DNA from: Octopus sinensis
Taxonomy: Eukaryota
Length of the DNA stretch: 64,000 nucleotides
Direction: 5' to 3'
Assembly: GCF_006345805.1 (NCBI RefSeq)
Contig: NC_043002.1
Coordinates: forward strand, 103,726,001-103,790,000
In this document: positions 12,624 through 23,500 of the stretch, in pieces
Position numbering within the stretch: the stretch's first letter is position 1
Layout of the letters: the number at the start of each line of letters is the position of its first letter
The notes under the pieces: model-generated
Database searches by the model: none
What the model was told of the DNA's origin: nothing
The model's input: the letters and a program-made list of their open reading frames with translations, nothing else
Translations under genes and position numbers: made by a program

Positions 12624-13608
12624 ATATATATATATATATATGTACATGTGCGTGTGTGTATGTGTTTGTCTGTGTGTTTTTTTGTGTGTGTGTGTGTGTG
12701 CGTGTTTAGAGAACTATATCATAGAATGCGAAATCACAATATGTACAGATTTTTCACCAAGCACCTGCCTGTTTCGGTCCTTTTAAGACAAACTTTCATG
12801 TTGGAATAAAACGGGGGAAATATTAAAAGCAACTAAATTAATCTTTGAATCTATCGGTTCAGGAAGTTAACGTGTTTTTTGTTGGAGATCAAATGTTCCT
12901 GTAACTCTTTTCCTTCTGCCGGCTGTCAGTGATACCCGTTTAGTAAAATTGGAAGCATGTAGGTTTGTTTATATTGGGCGGAGGGTCAGTAGAAGTAAGG
13001 GAAACAGCTAGAATCACCACTGGCTTATAGCAGGATTTCAAATAACGGAATGTTGTAATTGGCTTAACATTCTAGCATTTCAACTGATCAAACCTAGCCC
13101 GAACATTCTACTTGTTTTCTACGCAGTGGTCAGATCTGGCATCTCTCACTTACCCTACAATTCCATTCTGAATATAAATCATTAAAAATCCGAAAATTCA
13201 AAACAACATGAACAAATAAGTATTACATTTGACAAAGTAATCTGAATGCTAAAGCTTTAAACCTGCCATATATAGCCATTATATTTGACCTGCTTCAAGT
13301 TCAAACTGACCTCTCACACACTAAAATGTCCTTCTCGAAGTAAATAATAACGGCATTGAAATATGGAAACTACGATATAATGCATGATAGATTCAAAAAG
13401 CATTACATTTGAAAGGGTAATCTTACTGCTAAAGGTTAAATGAGCTGCCCATCTATAACATAGCATTGGTTGTGCGGTGGACCCAGCAACAGTTTCAGTT
13501 TTAGTCATCGCCCTTCCTTGTGTCTTGTCTCCCCTTCGCTGATCAGAATCGCAATAGATGGGTCTCTGGGTGTTCAGAGAAGCGACAGCTTATCGTAGGA
13601 ATTTCTAA

Positions 13609-14005
13609 TACTCTTTTCCTCTTTACTCTTTTACTTGTTTCAGTCATTTGACTGCGGCCATGTTGGAGCACCGCCTTTAGTCGAACAAATCGACCCCCAG
13701 GACGTATTCTTTGTAAGCCCAGTACTTATTCTATCGGTCTCTTTTACCGAACCGCAAAGTTACGGGAACGTAAATACAATAGCATCGGTTTTCAAGTGAT
13801 GTTGGGGTGGGGGGCAAACACAGACACACAAACACACACACATATATACGACGGGCTTCTTTCTGTTTCCGTCTACCAAATCCACTCACAAGGCTTTGGT
13901 TGGCCCGAGTCTATAGTAGAAGAGACTTGCCCAAGGTGCCACGCAGTGGGACTGAACCCGGAACCATGTGGTTAGTAAGCAAGCTACTTACCAAACAGTC
14001 ACTCC
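13609..14005 (-). mobile_element. tRNA-derived SINE, family B (OR1-like)
   Basis: Reverse complement of the 44450-44864 copy, with internal (CA)n and a (tactctt)n tail. Confidence 0.85.
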
Positions 14006-14320
14006 AGCGTTTTATTTCATGCTGGAATAAAACGGGGGAAATGTTGAAAGCAACTAATTTTTTTTTTCTTTCTAAACATTTACACTTTTCGAAACTATAT
14101 AACGTTTAAAAAAGAAAGTGATGGAACATGGACCATGTTCAGTATTTTTTGTTTTATTTTTCTCTCTCCATTCATTAGAAAAGTGGATTCTCGAAACGTT
14201 AAAGATATTTTCCAACTTTCATGAACGCTAACCTAATGCATCTTGCTAAACTTTTAAACTCTTCTTCGTGACATTTATTAATTTTCTATCATATACATAC
14301 ACAGACACAGACACACGAAT

Positions 14321-14356
<36 letters not shown>

Positions 14357-14363
<7 letters not shown>

Positions 14364-14482
14364 AAATTTTAAGAAAAATAAAAGATGAAGACAGGGGTAT
14401 GAACAAACGATAAGTGTATTAGTTTGACGCTAGGGAAAATGGAAAAGTCTTTTACGTTTCGAACCTAGGTTCTTCAACAAAA
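14357..14482 (-). mobile_element. PLE-tail-like relic with degenerate hammerhead motif
   Basis: Minus strand ttgaa-gaacctaggttc-gaaac-gta-aaagac followed by a tail related to 48600-48716; ends in (TA)n. Confidence 0.45.
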
Positions 14483-14680
14483 ATGCCTAAGATAGAGAGA
14501 GAATGAAAACAACTTGTGGGTTTCACCACTACAGCATCCATATAATATACACACATGCACACGCGTATACACACACACATACACACATACACATATATAT
14601 ATATTTATATATATAGAGAGAGAGACAGAGAGAGAAAGAATGAAAGAAAGGAATAAATAGATACCTATCGCTCCAATCTG

Positions 14681-14875
14681 AGGTTCGTTGGAAGCTGTTT
14701 TGGGGTTAAATAGCCCTGCTCTTTGAGGAAGTATATTCGACAACACTAATGAGTGAATTTCGTGTACCGAAACCGAGGAGAGAGAGCGAATGAAAGTGTT
14801 AATATATTTATATTCAACTGAATCTTAATTAATATATATATATATACACACACATAGACATGTGTGTGTAAGAAT
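14681..14875 (+). repeat. Left arm of about 200-bp inverted repeat (partner 18619-18829)
   Basis: ctctttgaggaagtatattcgacaacactaatgagtgaatttcgtgtaccgaaaccgaggagagagag...ttcaactgaatcttaattaat recurs reverse-complemented at 18619-18829. Confidence 0.9.
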
Positions 14876-15072
14876 TCTTTTTTTTTTTGCGAACTACATC
14901 AGCTAACATAATTCCGTAAACCCAGGAGCCGGTAAACAGCTAACGGACCTGTTATACCTGACATTCCGCCCTTACTATTCTGTACCTTTGTCCTCTATGT
15001 AACACTGCTCTCTCAATACATAAACATTTAACTTTTTTACTTGTATATTCTTTGTCAGAATATTCTCAGTCT

Positions 15073-15245
15073 AAGGCGGCGAGCTGACAGAATAATTAGG
15101 ACGGCGGTTGAAATGCTTAGCTGTATTTCGGTTGCCTTTTCGTTCCGAGTTAAAATGCGACTTCATCTTTCATCCTTTCGGTGTCGATAAATGAGGTACC
15201 AGTTGCGTACTGGGGGCGTTTCCCAAAGATTTTGAACCTTGAAAA
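15073..15245 (+). mobile_element. tRNA-derived SINE, family A (degenerate)
   Basis: ggcggcgagctgacagaa head; catcctttcggtgtcgataa body. Confidence 0.7.
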
Positions 15246-15279
15246 TATTTTCAGTCTTTCGCTTTTGTCTTTACTTAAG

Positions 15280-15342
<63 letters not shown>

Positions 15343-15519
15343 CATTATATATAAGGGCTTAGTAAAATAAATTACTTTGCCACATACTGAACTCATTAGA
15401 AATAGCAGCTAAAGAAATTTCTTTAGCTATTTCTAATACTTAAAGAAGATCTCTCTCAGATAGTGTTTGCCTAAACCAACTCACAAAGGTATGGGGGAAA
15501 AAACATTAAAAAATCAAGT

Positions 15520-15775
15520 GCAAAGGTTAATTGAGAAGGCGCGGCGGCTGCTTCGACGGCCCGTACGCGTCGGTCTCAGTCTAATATTTGCGCCGCGACC
15601 AATGCGGAAGGCCGACCGTATCGTCGCGACCGGGAGGGACGGGCGCGGATGCGCCGCCCCAGATCCGGCCGAGCGGACGCCGGCGACGCCGCGCAAAACG
15701 CGACGGCTGCCGAACGCCGTTTTTGAGCCCGACGCCCGGGTGCGACCTGCGATCGCGGCTTCGGTTGCATGTATT
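15520..15775 (-). rRNA. 18S: Inverted copy of the 18S fragment (left palindrome arm)
   Basis: Reverse complement of 15811-16066. Confidence 0.85.
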
Positions 15776-15785
15776 GGATAACTGT

Positions 15786-16066
15786 GGATAACTGTGGCAA
15801 TTCTAGAGCTAATACATGCAACCGAAGCCGCGATCGCAGGTCGCACCCGGGCGTCGGGCTCGAAAACGGCGTTCGGCAGCCGTCGCGTTTTGCGCGGCGT
15901 CGCCGGCGTCCGCTCGGCCGGATCTGGGGCGGCGCATCCGCGCCCGTCCCTCCCGGTCGCGACGATACGGTCGGCCTTCCGCATTGGTCGCGGCGCAAAT
16001 ATTAGACTGAGACCGACGCGTACGGGCCGTCGCAGCAGCCGCCGCGCCTTCTCAAATAACCTTTGC
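15786..16066 (+). rRNA. 18S: 18S rRNA-derived fragment (5' domain, expanded V2); not a functional rDNA unit
   Basis: Conserved eukaryotic SSU motif ggataactgtggcaattctagagctaatacatgc, a long GC-rich insert, then gcgcaaatattagactgagacc and ctcaaataacctttg matching the post-V2 conserved motifs. No other rDNA lies nearby. Confidence 0.85.
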
Positions 16067-16335
16067 ACTTGATTTTTTAATGTTTTTTCCCCCATACCTT
16101 TGTGAGTTGGTTTAGGCAAACACTATCTGAGAGAGATCTTCTTTAAGTATTAGAAATAGCTAAAGAAATTTCTTTAGCTGCTATTTCTAATGAGTTCAGT
16201 ATGTGGCAAAGTAATTTATTTTACTAAGCCCTTATATATAATGTAATATTTTGAATTCGCCTAAAATGGTCCCTTTACATACTGAATACTTGGTGAAATT
16301 GATTAATAATTAATAAATTTTACCCTCAATTGTTG

Positions 16336-16370
<35 letters not shown>

Positions 16371-16569
16371 TGTAGTTCATATAACTGGAGAAAGTGATTT
16401 CTTTGTTTACATAGATCTTTGTCACCTTATCTTCTCACCTGAATTCCATTTGTAGCCACTCTTTAACCCGTATACCTTCATTTCGGTAAAGATTTCAGAG
16501 TGTAGGTTCCAATCACTTGAATGCCACTAAATGTCTTCTATTTTGAGCATCTCTGGTCCTCAACTGTTG

Positions 16570-16620
<51 letters not shown>

Positions 16621-16622
<2 letters not shown>

Positions 16623-16860
16623 AATTCCAGACCGGGCGTTGTGTGTGTTTATTGAACAAAAACACCTAAAAGCTCCACGAGTCTTCGGCAGTGGGTGGTG
16701 ATACCTGCTGTACTCTTTCACCACTCTTTATTCCACTCTTTCTTCTCTTGGCCTACTCGCTTAGCCAGCGGGCTGGCGTCCTTCGAAGGCTAAAACAATG
16801 TCAACGCATTGTGACCAGCGATGTGTAACTACATCTGGTCGGTCACATGATCACGTGATA
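16621..16860 (+). mobile_element. SINE family C, 5'-truncated
   Basis: accgggcgttgtgtgtgtttattgaacaaaaacacctaaaagctcc matches the body of 60914-61160. Confidence 0.65.
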
Positions 16861-17604
16861 TATATATATATATACACACACATACATACATACATGTGTA
16901 TGTATATATAAATATGAACATACAGAGGCGTGTGTGCATATATATATATATAAAGTGCATATACGTCTGTGTATAATTTTAACTGTTTTATGGTGCAGAT
17001 TCTGCAGAAGTTTTTCATTCTGTTAACTTACACATTGTATACAAGGGATCGGAGGTTTTTTCGTTAATAATTTTTTTTTCTTTTCGCATCAAACCGAAAT
17101 CCGACGCGTCTGTCTCATTTCTTGGATAAACAAACCCTGATTAGATGCCACGTCGACCAAGCACATTCTCATTAGAAATACAGCCGATCAATCTGTCAAA
17201 CCGGCATCCACAATAAATTCCTCCGATCGATATTGTATTTTGTTTTGTTCGAAAAGTCACATAGAATAAAGTGATTCTTATCGATCAGTTTACAATCATT
17301 ATTTTAGATGTGGAGCTAACCAGAAAGAAAGGCCAAATGCAAACATTGAAAATAAAATGATATAAATGTGGGAGACGGGGAGAAAACATTATGGTTGCGT
17401 GTGCATGTGCGCGCACACGAACACACACACACACACACAAATATACACACAAACGTACACACATATATATACGCACACACCTGAACACACACCTATATAT
17501 ATATATATATAGATATGGATTTTTGTGTATGTATTTACGTTCTGATGTGAATAGTTATACACAAAAACATCAATATATACATATGTATACGCACACACCC
17601 AAGC

Positions 17605-17654
<50 letters not shown>

Positions 17655-17662
17655 TATATATC

Positions 17663-17741
<79 letters not shown>

Positions 17742-17808
17742 CATATGTACGCATATAAATAAATATGTGTATATATACATGTATGTACATATAAACATAT
17801 AAATATAA

Positions 17809-17860
<52 letters not shown>

Positions 17861-17939
17861 TATATATATGTGTGTGTGTTCGTGTGTGTGTGTGTATACA
17901 TATATACATATATACATACCAATATACATATATATATAT

Positions 17940-17985
<46 letters not shown>

Positions 17986-18618
17986 TAATTTATTATATTA
18001 TATTATATTATATGTACGTATGAACGTATGTTGTATGTATAATGTAAAATTGCATAGAATTTTCGTTTGGAAAAGGACAAGAAAGACGAACAAAATATAA
18101 CAAATTGTTTTATCTAACCAAAGGAAACAAAAAAAAATGAAGATAGAGTAAATTCTTTCGGATTAGAATGGAAAATAGAGGCAACAGCCACGAAACTATC
18201 TTTCTTTATTTGTATTCGCTTTACGTGAGGTGGAAACGTCGCATATAGATAAAGCGTAGATAAACAAAGACGCCTGACATGGGCACGCAGCTTGCCCAAG
18301 TAAACACAGATGCACATGTGCGCAAGAGGTAGTCACCAAAACCTTATTGCGACACAAAGAGAGCGAGTTAAGTTGAATCGATGGGGAATATGAAAGGAGC
18401 TGGAGAGACAGTGTGATCCCGAAACGGAAATATCTAGTTTTGCAGTTCATTGTGTGAAATGATTCTGTGTTAGGAGTTACTCCAGTGGACAGGTATTTCG
18501 TTCATTATACAATCATTTACAGAAACATTCAAAGCCGTTTGATTTTGTCGTTAGATACTTACATAAATACACAAATACGTACATACATAGATACGTACAT
18601 AGATACGTACATAGATAC

Positions 18619-18639
18619 ATTCTTACACACACATGTCTA

Positions 18640-18678
<39 letters not shown>

Positions 18679-18829
18679 TAATTAAGATTCAGTTGAATAT
18701 ATATATATTAACTCTTTCATTTTCTCTCTCTCCTCGGTTTCGGTACACGAAATTCACTCATTAGTGTTGTCGAATATACTTCCTCAAAGAGCAGGTCTAT
18801 TTAACCCGAAAACGGCTTCCAAAGAACCT
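18619..18829 (-). repeat. Right arm of about 200-bp inverted repeat (partner 14681-14875)
   Basis: Direct reverse-complement alignment with a few substitutions and microsatellite length differences. Confidence 0.9.
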
Positions 18830-18920
18830 TTTTTTCCATCCACAAATTTAAATTTCCAGCAAAATATATTTCGCAACAATATCTATGTATGAACGTATAA
18901 ATTTGTATCATAAATATCTA

Positions 18921-18959
<39 letters not shown>

Positions 18960-18961
18960 TA

Positions 18962-18993
<32 letters not shown>

Positions 18994-19599
18994 CATACAC
19001 ACACACGCACACACACACACACACATATGTATATATACATACATACACACATGTGGACACATACATATGCACACAGACACACACACACACACACACACGG
19101 CGTGTATATTCGATATTCGCCTTGGTTTTCGCTTTAAATTGAATATTTCATTTCCTACCGCGTAATCCCATTACAATCATAACCCAGAAGCCAGTATATA
19201 TTTATATCTGGCACATCTATTACTCAATATATTTAATATCTCCCTCGTGTCACTAAACAACAATGGCAACAACAGCAACAAAAACACATTGTCCGTCTTC
19301 CTTATAACTACACGATAATGTAATGTCGCAATAATCACGGCAAATCTTGTAATAATTTTATGCCTCCATTGAAAGTATTTAGTATCCTGACATGTTAAAA
19401 CGGCTGTTATATTGCCTTGTATTTAGTTTATTCTCCATGGTGTCATCGTCAATGACAATATATAGAGAGATCTGTTAATATACAGTCTACAATAGATAAA
19501 AGCTGACCGATCAATGTACTGAGTGTATTAAATGTTTATAAAAGACATATATTTAATATATTTAGTACAGAACGTTCTCTGTTATTATTTATACAAAGC

Positions 19600-19800
19600 G
19601 AGGCGGTGAGCTGGTAGAGTCGTTAGTACGCTTGACAAAACGCTGTGCAGCATTTTGTCTGTCTTGAGGTTCTAAGTTCAAATGCCGCCGTGGTCGACTT
19701 TACCTTTGATCCTTCTGGGATCCGTAAAATAAGTGCCAGTTGTACACTGGGTCGACTTCCCTCCTCGAAATTGCTGGCCTTGTGTCAAAATGTCAAATTA
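19600..19800 (+). mobile_element. tRNA-derived SINE, family A (degenerate)
   Basis: ggcggtgagctggtagag head; aagttcaaatgcc B-box-like motif. Confidence 0.7.
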
Positions 19801-19989
19801 TTATTTATCGATCGTAAACTTGCGTGCTACTACATCCGTAAAGTACGCCCAGCTCCTATAATTTAGAATCAGCCCTGATGTTTTCTTTTGTGTTTGTTTA
19901 TTTCTGTACTTTATGTTTTGATTAGAATTGTAATTTGCATCTCACTATATGTAGGGATTTAGTTTCCTGTGTAAACTGCTAAAAATAAC

Positions 19990-20731
19990 ATTACATTTTG
20001 GGTATGCATTCTCACACTGAGTGAGACGAGACGCAGAGAGGGACGCGTGGGGTGGCCAAAGCATCATGGTTTGTGCTGCTATAGGCTTAAATCGGAGAAT
20101 TGGGCCCCGTGTTTTCCAAAATGTCGGTGCTAGCAGAGTGAATGGCATCACAGCGCAACGCTACGTTGACCAGATCCTAAGACCTCACATCGTGTCCTTC
20201 TTGGAACATCGCTGTAGCCTCGTTCTCCAGCAGGACAATGCTCCCCCCACGCGGCCAGGGTCACTATGGACCTCCTGCGTCAGCAGAATATCAGAACCAT
20301 GCCGTGATCGGCTTTCAACCCGAATTTGAACCGAATTGAACGTCTGTGGTATGATATCCAGAGTAGGCTGAACCAGGTGGTCCCAAGACCAAAATATCCT
20401 GGGGAAATGGAAGCTGCTTTCCTCAGGATGTGGGTACAGGTGCTAATGGCTTTTGTGAACCGCCTCATGCACTCCATGTACCGACGGAGTATATAGCCGT
20501 TTTGAGCACCCAGAAAGGACATACACTGTACTGAACATAGCACGCCCTACAATCTCAAAGTGCTGGATCCGCCCATTTCCAGAACACGTGACAACGACCC
20601 ATAGACTGTGGTCAAAGTGCATCCAAGAAATCTACTTTTTCAGATTTATAAAAATTCATCTACGACATAATGAAATGAAAACATTTTTTCACAGACACAC
20701 ACCTCTTGCTTTTATTTTGCGGTTCAGCGTA
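19990..20731 (+). mobile_element. Decayed Tc1-like (DD34E) transposon, 3' half with right TIR
   Basis: WGGQSIMVCAAIG...YVDQILRPHIV...LQQDNAPP, frameshift, then NPNLNRIERLWYDIQSRL...QKGHTLY*; terminal ttgcttttattttgcggttcagcgTA. Confidence 0.8.
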
Positions 20732-21744
20732 TGCCACCGTTATTCACTGTTCCTAGTTCACGGTCTTCCTGGCTATTTACAATTCCATTCTCTGTTCTAA
20801 ATTGAAATGACTTTTACCAATAATTGTTTAGAAGGAATTTATAAGTAATTCTTGTATTATAAATTCAAATATGTTAAGATATTTTGAGATTTCTTTGCTC
20901 GGAAATATGAGAATTATTTCTGCCAAGGGCATCAACGTGCTACGATCATTTGAACAGTTTTGTTCAATATAAACAGCATTTCATTTTTCGCAAGAACCTA
21001 AAACACCAATTGTTTCCTTCCTTATATAGCTTCTCTCCCTCTCTCTCTCCCACCTCTCTCTCTCCCTATCTCTCTTTGAACGTAAACAAGACTTTGAAAA
21101 TCTGGAAACACAATACAACTTTCGCAATGATACCTACATGCACACATAAATACATACATACATGTATGTCTGTCTGTAGGTATGTATGTGTAAGTGTGTA
21201 TGTATGTATAAACATTAAAAGCCACATATACTTAATGCCCACAGCAAATGTGTTTGCCTGTAAGCTACATGTTAGCGTGGTAGAGAAGACTCTCTCAAAA
21301 TCCACAATGATGGCGAAACAGAACTGGTTGAGATTAGAGATGGGTTATCTCACCTGTCTATGACATCCTGGTGTTCTCACAACCTGTGGTTTGTGAGAGT
21401 TGTCTTTACCACGCCGTGCCCACCCTACCGGAGAATATACAGTGCATATATAAATACGTTAAGTATGTTGTTGATAATAATTATCACAGAGACTCTGCTT
21501 CTCTTTTATCTTTTTCATTACCCATTTCTCTCTTTCTCTCTCTCTCTCTAATGGAATCTCCCGTCGAGGGCGACGTACGACTGATCAGCTTTTGCCGAAG
21601 GAAATGCAAATATGATCTGTTTCCAGTGATTAAGTGTATGTGCTGTATATTAGCGCTCGCTTCCTCAATCAAATCGATGTTAGCCCAACAAGTGCGCAGT
21701 GTGCCATTCGTCTTTTGTCGAAGCGAATGCAGAGCTGTGTGAGA

Positions 21745-21852
21745 TTGAAATGCTCTGCTCAAGAATACAACACACCACATGATCTAGGAATTAAACCCAT
21801 AATCTCTGGATCTTGAGTGCAATACATTAACCACTACACCATGCGTCTTCAT
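21745..21852 (-). mobile_element. SINE head fragment (family D-like)
   Basis: gctcaagaatacaacac...ttaaccactacaccatgcgtcttc resembles the reverse complement of the 42871 head. Confidence 0.55.
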
Positions 21853-22409
21853 ACACACACACACAACACACACACACACACCACACACACACACACACAC
21901 CACACACACACACACACACACACGCACACATACACATTCTTAACTAACTAGTGCGAAATCTTTTTGTAATTCTATAACGTGTTGCTATTCCAGAGCTATT
22001 ACTGCCACTTGGTATTTCTTAGCAAGACTCAAAGCCGTAAGAGTTCATCTATGGCGAAAGTAAAGTGACTAAGGTTTCTCAGCCCAGATCATCCCCGACA
22101 GAAAATACACGTGATCAAATGCAGGACAGTGATGTTGATCTACACCTATTACATACGAATAAACTACCTGGTGAAATCCAATTCTTTTGTACAGTGACTT
22201 TACCTACCAGAAAATGTTCAAACCAAATATCACTTATTCTGTCTTACTCTTTTCATTTTATTCTCATCTACAATCTCAAAATTCTTCCAAACGTAAGCAG
22301 TTTCTTTTCCTTACTCCCGTTGGTATCACTGTAAAGCCATCGCGTTCCGGGTATTTTTGGTATTCAAATACATGTAGTAATTCTTGATGTTCAAACTCTT
22401 CTTCTTCTT

Positions 22410-23500
22410 CTTCTGTTAGAAGGAAATTGGTCGATATGAAATCCAAATTAATTACACAACCTGAACTTTGTTGGATTCTTATTCCTTTGGAATTATCTCG
22501 CCCACGCGTATATAACCAAACACCTCAGACATTAAATCTCCAAGTGGTAAAGTGGGCCATCGCAGTAGGTCAGAATTTTATGCAGCTGAAACCTCCCTGT
22601 ACAACACCCAGAGCTGTAGCAAGATCCCCACAATCACCAAATGGGAATCGTTCACAGATTACCACAACGCAGACAACATAACTCTAGGTAATCCAATCAT
22701 TAACATTATACAACTCAGATGTTAACAACATCCCGCACTTCTCCTTACAAACATTAACTGAGTTAGACCAGGTAGAAGCGCGACCAGGTTTCACTGACTG
22801 TTTCTGTTGATTATGTAAGGGTGAGCAAATAGAGGTATGCTCTCAGAACAACCACACCTGGCTCAGCATACCATCGATGATGTGGCTGATGGAGTGGAAG
22901 CTGCCCGATTTGCCAATCAATTTCTTCTAAGTAGACCGCTGTACATTCAACAAACATCTGATCTGCTTTGCTCAATGTAAAATGCATCTACGTCGATAAA
23001 GCTCCAGCTTTTGCTGTTTATTTTACTTCATAATTTACATTCAACTTCCTTTCCAAAACTGACCTCCACCGCAAGAACAGAATCACCAAATATAACGATA
23101 TCAACGAGAAACAGATCTAAAGATGTTTGTTAAAGTTTCAGTTAGTCCCACCGTCTCTTATTAGCGTGTGGCATCCTGATGAAAACTATTTATTCACCAG
23201 GCGCTTAAGATTCCTACCGCTAAGGGGAAACTATTCTCAATATGAATCCATATTTGATCGTGCCAATACAAAATATTGCACCAACTTTCAAGCTTAAAAA
23301 GGAATCGAGATAGTTTCAAAGAAGCGACTTCCTCATTCTTCGTCTTGACTGAAATAGGAATATTATATAATTGTGATTGGCAGGAAAGGTAATACGTTTA
23401 GGTGCTTCCTCTCTATCTATTCTGCAAGTATCAGTCTTCCTTGTCAAAACACTCCTGTACTTTGTACGTTGACAATCTCATTCTTAGCGACACACTATGC
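22410..23500 (+). mobile_element. Possible heavily decayed Gypsy-like LTR retrotransposon internal remnant
   Basis: Only faint motifs (QPELCW gag-like; TLYVDNLILSDT RT-like); no LTRs seen. Confidence 0.2.

Larger units (their letters stand above)
15337..16249. repeat. 913-bp near-perfect palindrome (439-bp arms, 35-nt spacer, 3 mismatches)
   Basis: Arms 15337-15775 and 15811-16249 aligned by hand; mismatches at 15530/16056, 15553/16033 and 15724/15862. Confidence 0.97.

Noticed and set aside
14738-14782. ctaatgag...cgaaac as a hammerhead in the 200-bp inverted-repeat arm
   Set aside because: Stem II does not pair and G5 is substituted.
15467-16119. Mirror-image Arg/Ala/Pro-rich ORFs up to 201 aa on both strands
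   Set aside because: Artefact of the GC-rich 18S fragment and the palindrome; not protein coding.
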